A stretch of DNA of 64,000 nt from Squalus acanthias (taxonomy: Eukaryota). The position numbers and the translations under genes were made by a program. A model generated the notes under the pieces. That model worked only from the letters and a program-made list of their open reading frames with translations, was not told where the DNA came from and searched no databases. Shown one piece after another: positions 1 through 11,270 of this stretch (its first letter is position 1; each line of letters opens with the position of its first letter). The DNA lies in NCBI GenBank assembly GCA_030390025.1, contig CM059432.1:115632001-115696000 (forward strand). Reading direction: 5' to 3'.

Positions 1-1360
1 ATGGTCCATCTCCGACTCTTCCCTTCCCTTCCTCGACTTCTCTGTCTCCATCTCTGGGGATAGGCTATTGACAAACATCCACTATAAGCCCACTGACTCC
101 CACAACTACCTGGACTACACTTCCTCCCACCCCGCTTCCTGTAAGGACTCTATTCCATTCTCCCAGTTTCTCCGTCTCCGCTGCATCTGCTCTGACGATG
201 CCACCTTCCATACCAGTGCTTCCGACATGTCTTCCTTTTTCCTCAACTGAGGATTCCCCTCTACTGTGGTTGACACGGCCCTTAACCGTGTTCGTTCTAT
301 TTCCCGCACTTCTGCTCTCACCCCTTCCCCTCCCTCCCGGAACCACGATAGGGTTCCCTTTGTCCTCACCTTTCACCCCACCAGCCTCCACATTCAACGG
401 ATCATCCTCCGCCATTTCCGCCACCTCCAGCGTGATCCCACCACCAAACACATCTTCCCCTCACCTCCCCTTTCAGCATTCCGAAGGGACTGCTCCCTCC
501 GCGACACCCTGGTCCACTCTTCTATCACCCCCAACACCTTCCCGTGCAAGTGCAGGAGATGCAACACGTGCCCTTTTACCTCCTCCCTTCCCACTGTCCA
601 GGGCCCCAAACACTCCTTCCAGGTGAAACAGCGATTTACTTGTACTTCTTGCAATTTAGTATACTGTATTTGCTGATCACGATGCGGTCTCCTCTACATT
701 GGGGAGACCAAATGCAGATTGGGTGACCACTTTGCGGAACACCTCCGTTCAGTCCATAAGGGTGACCCTGAGCTTCCGGTTGCCTGTCACTTTAATTCTC
801 CCACTCAGACTTCACCGTCCTCGGCCTCTTACACTGTTCCAATGAAGCTCAACGTAAGCTCGAGGAACAGCACCTCATCTTTCGATTAGGCACTTTACAG
901 CCTTCTGGACTCAACATAGAGTTCAACAATTTCAGACCATAACCTCTGCCCCTATTTTTTTTTTCCATTTATTTTATTTATTATATTTTTTTTTCTCTCT
1001 CCCACATGGCAGCTGTCTTTCATTCTGCCATTTACACTTCATCTAGAGCCATCTTTTGTTTCTTAACTTGTCCCATTACCATCTCCTTTTGCCTTGCACC
1101 ATCTCTTAATGTCTCTTAATCTCTCCTGCCTTCCATCCTATCTCAGACCTTCCCTTTTGTTCTTTCCTCCCCTTTCCCTGCCCCTGCACTTGCTTAAAAA
1201 CCTGTTCCATCTCCAGCTTTTTCCAGTTCTGACGAAGGGTCATCGACCTGAAACGTTAACTCTGTTTCTCTCTCCACAGATGCTGCCTGATCTGCTGAGT
1301 ATTTCCAGCATTTTCTGTTTTTATTTCAGATTTCCAGCATCTGCAGTATTTTGCTTTTGT
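1..1360 (+). mobile_element. Penelope-like element, 3' part (RT thumb, GIY-YIG endonuclease, 3' tail), decayed
   Basis: HYKPTDSHNYLDYTSSHP..SIPFSQFLRLR, CRRCNTC, and VYCIC..LLYIGETK GIY-YIG motif, with in-frame stops. Homologous to copies at 11.3-12.8 kb and 22.6-23.7 kb. Confidence 0.88.
1225..1261 (+). ncRNA. Minimal type I hammerhead ribozyme motif in the Penelope 3' tail
   Basis: agtt-CTGACGA-a(gggtc atc gacct)-GAAA-CG-T-T-aact: stem I agtt/aact, stem II, palindromic ACGT stem III. Confidence 0.7.
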
Positions 1361-2030
1361 ATAGGTGTAAACAGCTGATTGAAACTACTTGATGAAATTT
1401 GACTTTGGCTGAAATTAGCACAGCCTTTTAAATGGGTAAGTACAGGGTAAGTACTTACCCATTGTAGCGCGCCGTTGTAATTAACTCCTATGGTAAATGG
1501 TATTAACTGCATTTACCTGATATAGTTGGCTGCCCGTGCTAAGCGTGAACAGTTTAAGGGCTGGGGACTGTAAATGCAAGGTCTTTCTCTGTTGGGATTG
1601 TAGTTTGGATTGCCTGACTAACATTCAACTGCAAAGATGTAAAGGTAAGTACCTGGCTGTTAAATCAGGTTTTCTCATGTTCTTGTATTGTAATTGAGCT
1701 TCGTCTGCTTGGAGTGCGTAATAGCAACTCGGGCACAGAGGTCAGGAGCCACAAGATTTTCTGACCTCTTGACATCTGCACGGGAATTTCTGATATCCAC
1801 TCCTGATGCACTAAACTCAAATTTGTAACATCCATTCTGTTGGAGGGTCTGAAGAAAACTTAAAAACCTGAAACACTACCTATTGCCCGAATGAAGGAAT
1901 CCTCTGAGTACTTTGAATATGTAGTATTAACTGAAAGAATGTAAACATATTACAGCTCAATCACAGGCCTGTCTGAGTTTTCATCATAATTGTAAAATGT
2001 TAGTTTTATTTTGTTTTTCTCCTGTCTCAG

Positions 2031-2176
2031 AATTCCATAGAATACATAATTATGGCAGCAGTGTCCAAAGTATTTGCTGTATCAGCAACATATCCATATC
2101 AAGTAATACGTGCTCGGCTGCAGGATCAGCATACCCAGTACTCTGGAGTAATGAATGCCATATGGAGAACGTGGAG
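2031..2176 (+). CDS. SLC25A32: Mitochondrial folate/FAD carrier, penultimate coding exon
   Basis: Exon bounded by ctcag| and |gtaag, 146 nt. Translates [48 protein letters not shown](R), matching recalled human SLC25A32 ([15 protein letters not shown]). Upstream exons lie outside the window. Confidence 0.93.
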
Positions 2177-2304
2177 GTAAGATCATAAAGAATAAAACTT
2201 GGATTTATTTATTATTAGATTATATTGTATTACTTGTTTTGATGGTGATAAATGCATCGTCTGGAATTTAAAGTTGTTAAGCCGCATATATACAGCATTT
2301 ACCA

Positions 2305-4197
2305 GTGGGAGATCTATATCAATGATTTGGATGAGGGACCAAATGTAATATATCCAAGTTTGCTGATGATACAAAGCTGGGTGGGAATGTAAGTTGTGAG
2401 GAGGATGCAAAGAGGCTTCAAGGGGATATAGACAGGCTAAGTGACTGGGTAAGAACATGGCAAATGGAATATAATGTGGAGAAATGTGAAGTTATCCACT
2501 TTGGGAGGAAAAATAGAAAAGCAGAGTATTTTTAAAATGGTGAGAGATTGGGAAATGTTGGTGTTCAGAGGGACCTTGTACACGAATCACAAAGTTAACA
2601 TGCAGGTACAGCAAGCAATTAGGAAAGCAAATGGTATGTTGGCCTTTATTACAAGAGGATTTGAGTATAAGAGTAAAGACGTCTTACTGCAATTATATAG
2701 GGCCCTGGTGAGACCACACCTGGAGTATTGCGTACAGTTTTGGTCTCCTTACCTAAGGAAGGATATAGAATCATAGAAGATAGGAGCAGGAGTAGGCCAT
2801 TCGGCCCCTCTAGCCTGCTCCGCCATTCAATGCGATCATGGCTGATCATCCAAATTCAGTACCCTGTCCCTGCTTTCTCCCCATATCCCTTGATCCCTTT
2901 CGCCTTAAGAAATATATCCAACTCCTTCTTGAATCTATTTAATGAATTGGCCTCTACTGCCTTCTGTGGCAGAGAATTGCACAGGTTCACCACTCTCTGG
3001 GTGAAGAAATTCCTCCTCATTTCTGTCCTAAATGGCTTACCCCTTATCCTTAGACTGTGACCCCTGGTTCTGGACTCCCCGACCATCAGGAACATCCTTC
3101 CTGCATCTAGTTTGTCCTGTCCTGTCCTGTCCTGTCCGAATTTTATAAGTTTCAATGAGATCCCCTCTCATTCTTCTGAACTGCAGCGAGTATAAGCCCA
3201 ATCGACCCAATCTCTCTTCATATGTCATTCCTGCCATCCCAGGTATCAGCCTTTTGAATCTTCGCTGAACTCCTTCCATGGCAAGAACATCCTTCCTCAG
3301 ATAAGGCGACCAAACTGCACACAGTACTTAAGGTGCGGTCTCCCCAAGGCCCTGTACAACTGCAGCAAGACATCCTTGTTCCTGTACTCAAACCCTCTCG
3401 CTATGAAGGCCAACATACCATTTGCCTTCTTAACCGCCTGCTGCACCTGCATGCTTACCTTCAGCGACTGGTGCACAAGGACACCCAGGTCTCGTTGCAC
3501 TTCCCCTTCTCCCAATCTATTGCTATTCAGATAATAATCTGCCTTTCTGTTTTTGACACCAATGTGGGTAACCTCGCATTTATCCACGTTATATTGCATC
3601 TGCCACGCTTCTGCCCAATCACCCAACCTGTCCAAATCGCCCTGGAGTTTCTTGGCATCCTCCTCGCAGCACAAACGCCCACCCAGTTTTGTGTCATATA
3701 CTTGCCATAGAGTGCAACGAACGTTCACCAGACTGATTCTTGGGATGGGGGACTTGTCCTATGTGGAGAGATTGAGTAGGCTAAGCCTATATTCTCTAGA
3801 GTTTAGAAGAATGAGAGGTGATCTCATTGAAATATACAAAATTCTTACAGGGCTTGACAAGGTAGATGCAGGGAGGATGTTTCCCCTGGCTGGGGAGTCC
3901 AGAACCAGGGGTCACAGTCTCAGAATAAGGGGTTGGCCATTTAGGACTGAGATGAGGAGAAATTTCTTCACTCGGAGGGTGGTGAATCTTTGGAAATCTC
4001 TACCCCAGAGGGCTGTGGAGGCTCAGTCGTTGAGTATATTCAAGACAGAGATCGATAGATTTTTGAATATTAAGGGAATCAAGGGATATGGGGATAGTGC
4101 AGGAAAATGGAGTTGAGGTAGATCAGCCATGATCTTATTGAATGGCGGAGCAGGCTCGAGGGGCTGAATGGCCTACTCCTGCTCCTATTTCTTATGT
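2305..4197 (+). mobile_element. CR1 LINE 3' portion, interrupted by an antisense CR1
   Basis: RT C-terminal motifs (SKFADDTKLG, RPHLEYCVQFWSP, RMRGDLIE) and 3' UTR stem-loop. Confidence 0.88.
2768..3695 (-). mobile_element. 5'-truncated CR1 nested in the previous CR1
   Basis: CR1 RT C-terminus on - strand. Host sequence AAGGATATA|CTTGCC is split, with ATATA on both sides. Confidence 0.88.
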
Positions 4198-4379
4198 AAG
4201 ATGCGTCTACTGATGTAATCTTGAGCAAATTGATCACCTAGATTTTCTTCCCATCCGTCCATCTTTTATTAACCGTCTACGCCCTACACTCTGAAATCCT
4301 CTCCCTAAATATCTCCACCTCTCAAACTCCCTCTCCTCTTCAAAGACCTTCCTTAAAACCCACCTACACCCCTCCTAAT

Positions 4380-5122
4380 GGGGGGAATTTTAACCCCAAA
4401 AAACTGGTGGGTTGGGGTCGGGTGGGAGATCAAAAAGTAAAAAAACTGAATTCCGACCCCCCACCCATCTCCAACCCAACCCGCCCACTTCTGGTTTTAA
4501 CGCTCCCAGGAGGCGGGTTGACACTTGAAGTATTATAATGAGGCTCCATGCCTCATGGTGATCCACCATTTCAAATTGAACTGTGGGTTTCCCAGGCCTC
4601 GGTGAACCCACCAGCTAAAGGGAGGCGAGGACTGCTGGATCCAGGAGGAAAGTGCCTCTCCACTTACCTGCTGGATCCAGTGGCCTTGCCTTGCCAAACC
4701 CCCACGATCGGAGACAACCCCTCCCCCCTGACCCTGCCGATCTGTCCCCGAGGCCTCCGATTCCCACATCCGGCCTTCCGCCCTCCCCCCTCTGGCGCCG
4801 ATCACCCGCTGGCCTTCCGACCTCTCCCCTCCAGTACCGATCACCTGCTGGCCTTCTGACCTCCGGCCTCCTTCTCCCCCCCCCCCCCCCCCAAAACCCT
4901 CAATTCCTCCCTGCGGCCTGGTGCCGCAGGCCTATCCACCCAACAGCCAGCCAGCCTGCCTCTCCATCTGGCTGACTGCGGATGGGAAACAGTGATTCCA
5001 AATGCTAATGAGGCTCTGCTGTTAAATTCAGCAGGGCCTGCAGGAAACCCGTTCTCCTGGGTTTCCTGACTGCTTTCCAGCTCCCTCCGCTCCCTACCCA
5101 CCTCCAAATTAAAATTCCGGTC
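4380..5122. mobile_element. MITE (Harbinger-like), TSD AAT
   Basis: Ends ggggggaattttaa / ttaaaattccggtc; AAT at 4377-4379 and 5123-5125. Inserted in an L2-like tail. Confidence 0.65.
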
Positions 5123-5329
5123 AATATCTCCTTTGGCCAATTACACTTCTGTGACGCGCCTTGGAATATTTATCTATGTTAATGACGCTATATAAATGCA
5201 AGTTGTTTGTGTTCAGCCAACCAAAGGGGTCTTTTGGTGTTTCTGCAGTTGCAAGTCATATAGCAAGCATACTGACATAGATGAACCTGTCTGTTTTTCA
5301 CCATGGTGATCTGTTTTTTTTACTCCCAG

Positions 5330-5870
5330 TGTTGCAGCTTGGCTTAGTTGGTCGCTTCTGAGTCAAAAGGTTGTGGGCTCAAGCACCAGTCCAGGACTTG
5401 AGCATGTACAGGTACAATTTCTGCAAGGTTTCCCCAATCTCTTACCCTAAATGTGGCAGAAGATTGATGGAGAAACGCCGTAAAAAGCTGTTTCCACCAA
5501 TCTGCCAAAGTTACGGCAGGAGATTGGAAGAACCCCTACAGAAATTCCAGGCGTAAATCTAAGCTGAGGAAATGCTGCATGATCAGACTTGCCATCTTTC
5601 AGATGAGATGTTCAACTGCCTGTTCTGGTGATTCAGTTGGATATTACAGATGTTATGCTAATATATGAAAAGGAGTGGGGAGTTCTCCTGGTATCCTGAC
5701 CAATATTTCTCCTTCAACCAATATCAGATTAATTGATCATTCATATTATTCGCTGTATGTGGGACATGGCTCTAAATTGGAAACTATTTTTGCCTCCATA
5801 ACAGTGATTGCAATTCAAAAAGTTTTTAATGGTTGTGAAGATCTTCAGGCTTATGATCAGTAAATGTAAG
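5330..5870 (+). mobile_element. Degenerate tRNA-headed Deu-SINE with a 144-bp palindromic MITE (5409-5552, TSD GTA) inside
   Basis: Similar to the SINE at 37977-38440; GTA flanks the insert. Confidence 0.55.
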
Positions 5871-6037
5871 CAGTTTGGAGTGCCTGACGTTAGCCTTCAA
5901 TCTTAAAGATGTAAAGGGAACTCCCTGGCTGTTAAATCAGGTTTTCTGTTGTTTTTGTATTGCTTGTAAGTAAATGGAAGGTGTACATTTTAGTAACGCG
6001 TAATTCAAAAATTGTTAATTGCCGTTTTCTTTTTCAG

Positions 6038-6167
6038 GAATGAAGGGGTTCATGGATTTTACAAAGGAGTTGTTCCAAATGTGCTTAAAGTGACTCCTGC
6101 ATGTTGCATTACATTTCTAGTATATGAAAATGTTTCTCAATTTTTATTTGGTTTCCGACAATCCTGA
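6038..6167 (+). CDS. SLC25A32: Mitochondrial folate/FAD carrier, last coding exon
   Basis: Acceptor ttttcag|. Phase 2 joins the previous exon (AG+G=Arg). Translates [42 protein letters not shown], with TGA at 6165-6167. Confidence 0.94.
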
Positions 6168-6217
6168 ACATTGGACTGCTGTCAGAATTCGGATCACAGA
6201 GGCCTATAATTTTACCC

Positions 6218-6751
6218 AATAAAATCTGCAAGGCATGAGGAGAACATCAAGTGCTCTCTAATAACCTCTTGCAACCCCTCCCCCCCCCCCCACCTGTTAT
6301 TAATTACTGCTAAAATATTATTTGTTTCATTTTATAAATCTGCAATGTTTGCAGATATAGTTATAAACTCAAAGTTAAACTTCTGAGGGTCAGATGTTGT
6401 CTCCAGGGTAAAATGCTTAAAGGATCCAATTTCTTGACACTATAATCAGCAAATAACAGTTAACAAGAGGCAAGTAATGTCAAACTGAATTGATAAAAAC
6501 AATAGTTTATGTTTTATATTCTTGCAATGATCTTTTGTAATAAAAATACATTTGGTAAAATAATGCATTGTTAATTAATGGGGATTATAGTATTTAAAAT
6601 GTAATTTAATAAGTTAACTATGGTTCAGTAGGAAATGTTTATGTATTGTGCTCTGGGGAAGTTTACAAGCCTACATGTGAATGTACTATCATGATGTTGC
6701 TAAATCTAGATATTGCAATGAACCTTGCTCCAGGTGGCAGAACTGAATAAA
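6218..6751 (+). terminator. Candidate SLC25A32 polyadenylation signals (AATAAA at 6218, 6539, 6746)
   Basis: Hexamers downstream of the stop in AT-rich sequence; which one is used cannot be told from sequence. Confidence 0.4.
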
Positions 6752-7031
6752 AATGTTAATTTCTATGTCCGGTCTAATTACATCTACTTCACAAAAGAAC
6801 ATAACTAAAGAGTTTGGATAAAGTGATGACCTTGATAGTCTTCATCAATCAGTTATTAGTGGTGTTCAACTCCCAAATTATGATTGACAGTTCCTACATG
6901 GAGGCTTTTTCCTGTGTGTGTACCTAAACACTTGCTTCAGTTACTGATCTCAGCTGACTACAAAGGAGTTAAGTGTCACTGTTGGGAGATGGGCATTTCT
7001 CTACTTTAACACAAGTGAAGCTTCTTTTGAA

Positions 7032-8034
7032 CCTGCTCGATGGCGGAGGAGCGGGCTGGATGGCGCCGGAGGAGTTGGCGAGGCGCATGGGTTGGATCTA
7101 CGTCCGGCTCGCGGTCAATGCCATCGAGTCGCTAAAAGTGGCATTGGGCCCCGACTCCACTAGGTGTATCGAGGAGGCTCAAGCACGTGGGGCGATCCCG
7201 TCCGAGCTGACCCCCGTTCGGACGGAATTCCTTATCGGCGCCCGGCCCCGAATCCTCCCTCGGGAGCCGCCGCCTCACCACTTGAGCCTTCTCGGAGAAA
7301 TGCCCTCCGTGCCCTTTCAACCCGCACGGAGGCGTTTCCTGTACGGGCTGCTCCTGCACACTTTCCACTTTGCCATCTTCGTCTGCCGTCCGGACACGCC
7401 TTGGCGTACCATCTTGCCGTCCGGCGGAGGCGAAGGTCCCCAATGGAGGGCTCTCTACGCGGGAGTCTTCCCTTGTTCTATTGGGGACTTGGCCTGGAGG
7501 GTGTTGCACGGAGCAGTCCCGTGCAATAGGTTATTAAGTAGGTTTACGGACTCCCAGGCCGCTTGCCATTTCTGCGGCCTGGAGGAGTCCGTATTTCACG
7601 TATATATAGAGTGTGAGGTTGCAGCCCCTCTTTCATTACCTGAAGGGGCTGCTCCTCAATTTCTGGTTGCACTTCAGCCCCACGCTCCTGATCTACGGTC
7701 ACCCGGTGCGGAGGGGAGCGGGCAGGTCAGAGGACCTCCTCGTGGGACTACTCCTGGGCCTGGCTAAGAAAGCCATTAATTGGTCCAGGCAGCGGGCGGT
7801 CGAGGGGGTCGTTCGGCCCGATTGCCTGCCTCTCTTCCGCGGCCATGTTCGCGCCCGGGTGGCCCTGGAGATGGAGCACGCGGTGTCCTCCGGCACGCTT
7901 GAGTTTTTCCGCGACCGGTGGGCGCCGCGGGGGCTGGAGTGCATCGTCACCCCGCACTACCAAATTTTAATTTGATTTAAGTTTCCTTTAAAGTTTTATT
8001 TAGTTACAGATAATTGATTGGTTTACATTAAGAG
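7032..8034 (+). mobile_element. 5'-truncated Tx1-clade LINE (ORF2 C-terminus with zinc knuckle)
   Basis: DLAWRVLHGAVPCN...CHFCGLEESVFHVYIEC. Perfect 15-bp TSD GAAGCTTCTTTTGAA at 7017-7031 and 8035-8049. Confidence 0.85.
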
Positions 8035-8225
8035 GAAGCTTCTTTTGAATCATATACAAATATTTAAGATGTAGGAACAGGTTCAGCTAGAATAAATCTG
8101 AACATTTTAAATCACTACTTGCATTGTCATCTAACGTCTAGTTAGTCTACTGAAGTTAGTATATCCAAGCTGGATTTGATTCTAGTCTTACAGTAAACTT
8201 GTTATTCAAATCTTCCAGGTTGCTT

Positions 8226-8726
8226 TTTATTTAAAATCATGAAAATTCAGTATTCTAGAGAGTCTTCTACAAATGTTCTAAAAAATATGCAAACCATGGC
8301 AACTTTTGCAATTTTCTAATACCAAGGAGTACAGTACTTAAAAAAAAAAGTTCATAAGATACATTTTGTTCAAATTAAATCAAAAGGGTAGCAAAAGATA
8401 TAGGGGATTATTTTGAGTTTGGGTGATATCGATTCAGCCGTTCGTCATGAAAATCAGGAGAGATGTACAATGAGCGGCTGAATCGCTATCACCTGTTTTA
8501 CACTATTACCCAAAGTCAAAGTTACTCCCATACAGTCTAAATTTCACTTGTATTTCCAAACTAAAAAATTGTTTTGATGGTGTTACTTGAAAGTTCAGGT
8601 ATAGAAGTACAACTGCATTAAATTTGACTTTCCCATTTTGTGTTTATTTTAAATTTCAGTAGGCAATTTAAATTTACCAATATTTTTAATTAGAAACTTA
8701 TGTGTGAAACATTTTAAGTTTTTATT
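8226..8726 (-). terminator. Candidate CTHRC1 polyadenylation signals (TTTATT on + at 8721, 8643, 8226)
   Basis: AATAAA on the - strand downstream of the CTHRC1 stop; usage unknown. Confidence 0.35.
8403..8529. mobile_element. 127-bp palindromic MITE, TSD ATA
   Basis: Imperfect inverted ends (ggggattattttgagtttgggtgata / tattacccaaagtcaaagttactccc) with ATA on both sides. Confidence 0.6.
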
Positions 8727-8807
8727 ATGAAGTTGATAATTTTCTGTTAAACTGTTTCTGAAAGAGCAGGATAGGCTCTTGCTAGTTTTCAGCTTGTAGA
8801 AGCAAAG

Positions 8808-9071
<264 letters not shown>

Positions 9072-9154
9072 TTACATCATAAACCACACTAAGATTTCCC
9101 ACTAATTTTTTGCAGGGTACTTTCCCTAATTCTCCCCACATACATACTCACACA

Positions 9155-10005
9155 AGGGATATAGATAGACTAAAGTGAGTGGTAGATGGAGTATAATGTA
9201 GGGAAATGTGAGGTTATTCACTTTGGTAGGAAGAATAGAAAAATAGAATATTTTTTAAATGGTGAGAAACTTTCAAATGTTGGTGTTCAGAGAGATTTGG
9301 GTCTCCTCATGCAAGAAACACAGAAAGCTAGCATGCAGGTACAGCAAGCAATAAGGAAGGTAAATGGCATGCTGGCCTTTATTGCAAGGGGGTTGGAGTA
9401 TAAGAGTAAGGAAGTCCTGCTACAATTGTACAGGGCCTTGGTGAGACCACACCTGGAGTACTGTGCACAGTTTTGGTCTCCTTATCTAAGGAAGGATATA
9501 CTTGCCTTGGAGGCGGTGCAACGAAGGTTCACCAGATTGATTCCTGGGATGAGAGGGCTGTCCTATGATGAGAGATTGTGTAGAATGGGCCTATACTCTG
9601 GAGTTTAGAAGAATGAGAGGTGATCTCATTGAAACATACAAGATTCTGAAGGGGATTGACAGGGTAGATGCTGAGAGGTTGTTTCCCCTGGCTGGAGTGT
9701 CTAGGACTAGGGGGCATAGTCTCAGAATAAGGGGTAGGCCATTAAAGACCGAGATGAGGAGGAATTTCTTCACTCGGAGGGTTGTGAATCTTTGGAATTC
9801 TCTGCCCCAGCGGGCTGTGAATGCTGTGTCTTTGAGTATATTCAAGGCTGAGATAGATAGATTTTTGGACTCTAGCGGAATTCAAGGGATATGGAGATCG
9901 GGCAGGAAAGTGGAGTTGAGGTTGATGATCAGCCATGATCTTATTGAATGGCGGAGCAGGCTCGAAGGGCTGTATGGCCTACTCTTATTTCTTATATTCT
10001 TATAA
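9155..10005 (+). mobile_element. CR1 LINE 3' fragment
   Basis: KCEVIHFG, RPHLEYCAQFWSP and RGDLIE motifs plus 3' tail. Confidence 0.88.
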
Positions 10006-10286
10006 CAATTTTCCTTTTGATATTTTTATATTTCAGTTTTCAATGCTTTTTCCCCCATTTAATTTTCTACTCAATGCTGAAAATAATCACTAATGTGGGT
10101 AGGTGGCTCCAAAGATGTAGGAAGACCACAGGAGCCACATCCAATTTGCCATTCTTCATGTGCCAGTAGACAACAATTGTCCACATGCAATTTATTGGCA
10201 GGAGGAGTGCACTTTAGCCAAGCCTGATTCTGACTTCCACATACTTAGACTTTTTCTATCAAGCTGTCACTGGATATTGATCAGAA

Positions 10287-10428
10287 GTTAGAAACCTAGG
10301 TCTAGAAATTCAGGAGTTAGAAACCTGGGCCTAGAAATTCAGGAGTCAGAAACCTGGGCCTAGAAATTCAGGGGTAAGAAACTTGGGCCTAGTAATTCAG
10401 GAGTTAGAAACTTGGGCCTAGAAATTGA
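10287..10428 (+). repeat. 29-bp tandem repeat, about 5 copies
   Basis: Unit gttagaaacctgggcctagaaattcagga. Confidence 0.9.
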
Positions 10429-11108
10429 TGAGCAAGAGGATCATATAAAGTTGATCCTCTTGCGTCAGGACGTGTGCTGAGGGCGCCAGTCCCGCCCCGA
10501 GAGGGAGCGTGGTGGTCGTGAAGAAGATGGAAATCATCTGGCAAGACACCGGAGCAACTGTGAGTCTTGGAGAGGGGGGAGGAGATCAGGAGGGTGACGA
10601 GTGATGTTCCCACTAATTATTTTTGGGTGCGTATCCCATTCAAAATTCCATGCATGTGTGGTTGTCCCATTTAAAAGCCACTGAGGGTCTGTGTGGGACC
10701 TCCAGACCGCTGCGTGGTCGCGCAGCTTAAAGGGAACATTGGTGACACATGGTGGTCAGCAGCAGCCCGCAGTTTTAATGTGGAGTAAGAAGGAGCACTC
10801 CTGACTCCACATTCAGGTAAGCATAAAATGGTTTACACTTAGCTTTTTGGTGGTAACCTCCAGTGGTTCCTTCAAAGACCACTGGTTTGGCTGCTGTGCG
10901 TCTGAAATACGTATTAGGCCCCCGATTTGCATAGGCAATGGACCTAATGCCTGTTTCAGGTGGGTGTCTTGAACACAACAGGGTTCCCTAACCAATATGG
11001 TGCGCATCACATACCTGGTGTGAATGAGCGCCCATATGCCATATTAAACCCTTCGGTGCCCATTTTTCACCTGAAAAATGGATGCTGAATGATTCAATCT
11101 CTAGGCCC
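10414..11108. mobile_element. MITE (Harbinger-like)
   Basis: TIRs gggcctagaaattga / tcaatctctaggccc (14/15 match). Confidence 0.65.
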
Positions 11109-11270
11109 TTATGGTTTTTCCTCCCTCCTTAGCCCAGCGACCCCAAAACTGTAGGGAATCTGCTAGCGCCCCAGCTGAAATCAGCAGAGCCCAGGGATTT
11201 AACTTTGCAATGTTTAGTGTAACAGGTTCTTACACAAGCATATTTTTACAGAATAAATAACTAGCAGCTG

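Noticed and set aside
10287..10428. 29-bp repeats as a CRISPR array
   Set aside because: Units are contiguous with no spacers, there are no cas genes, and the context is eukaryotic.
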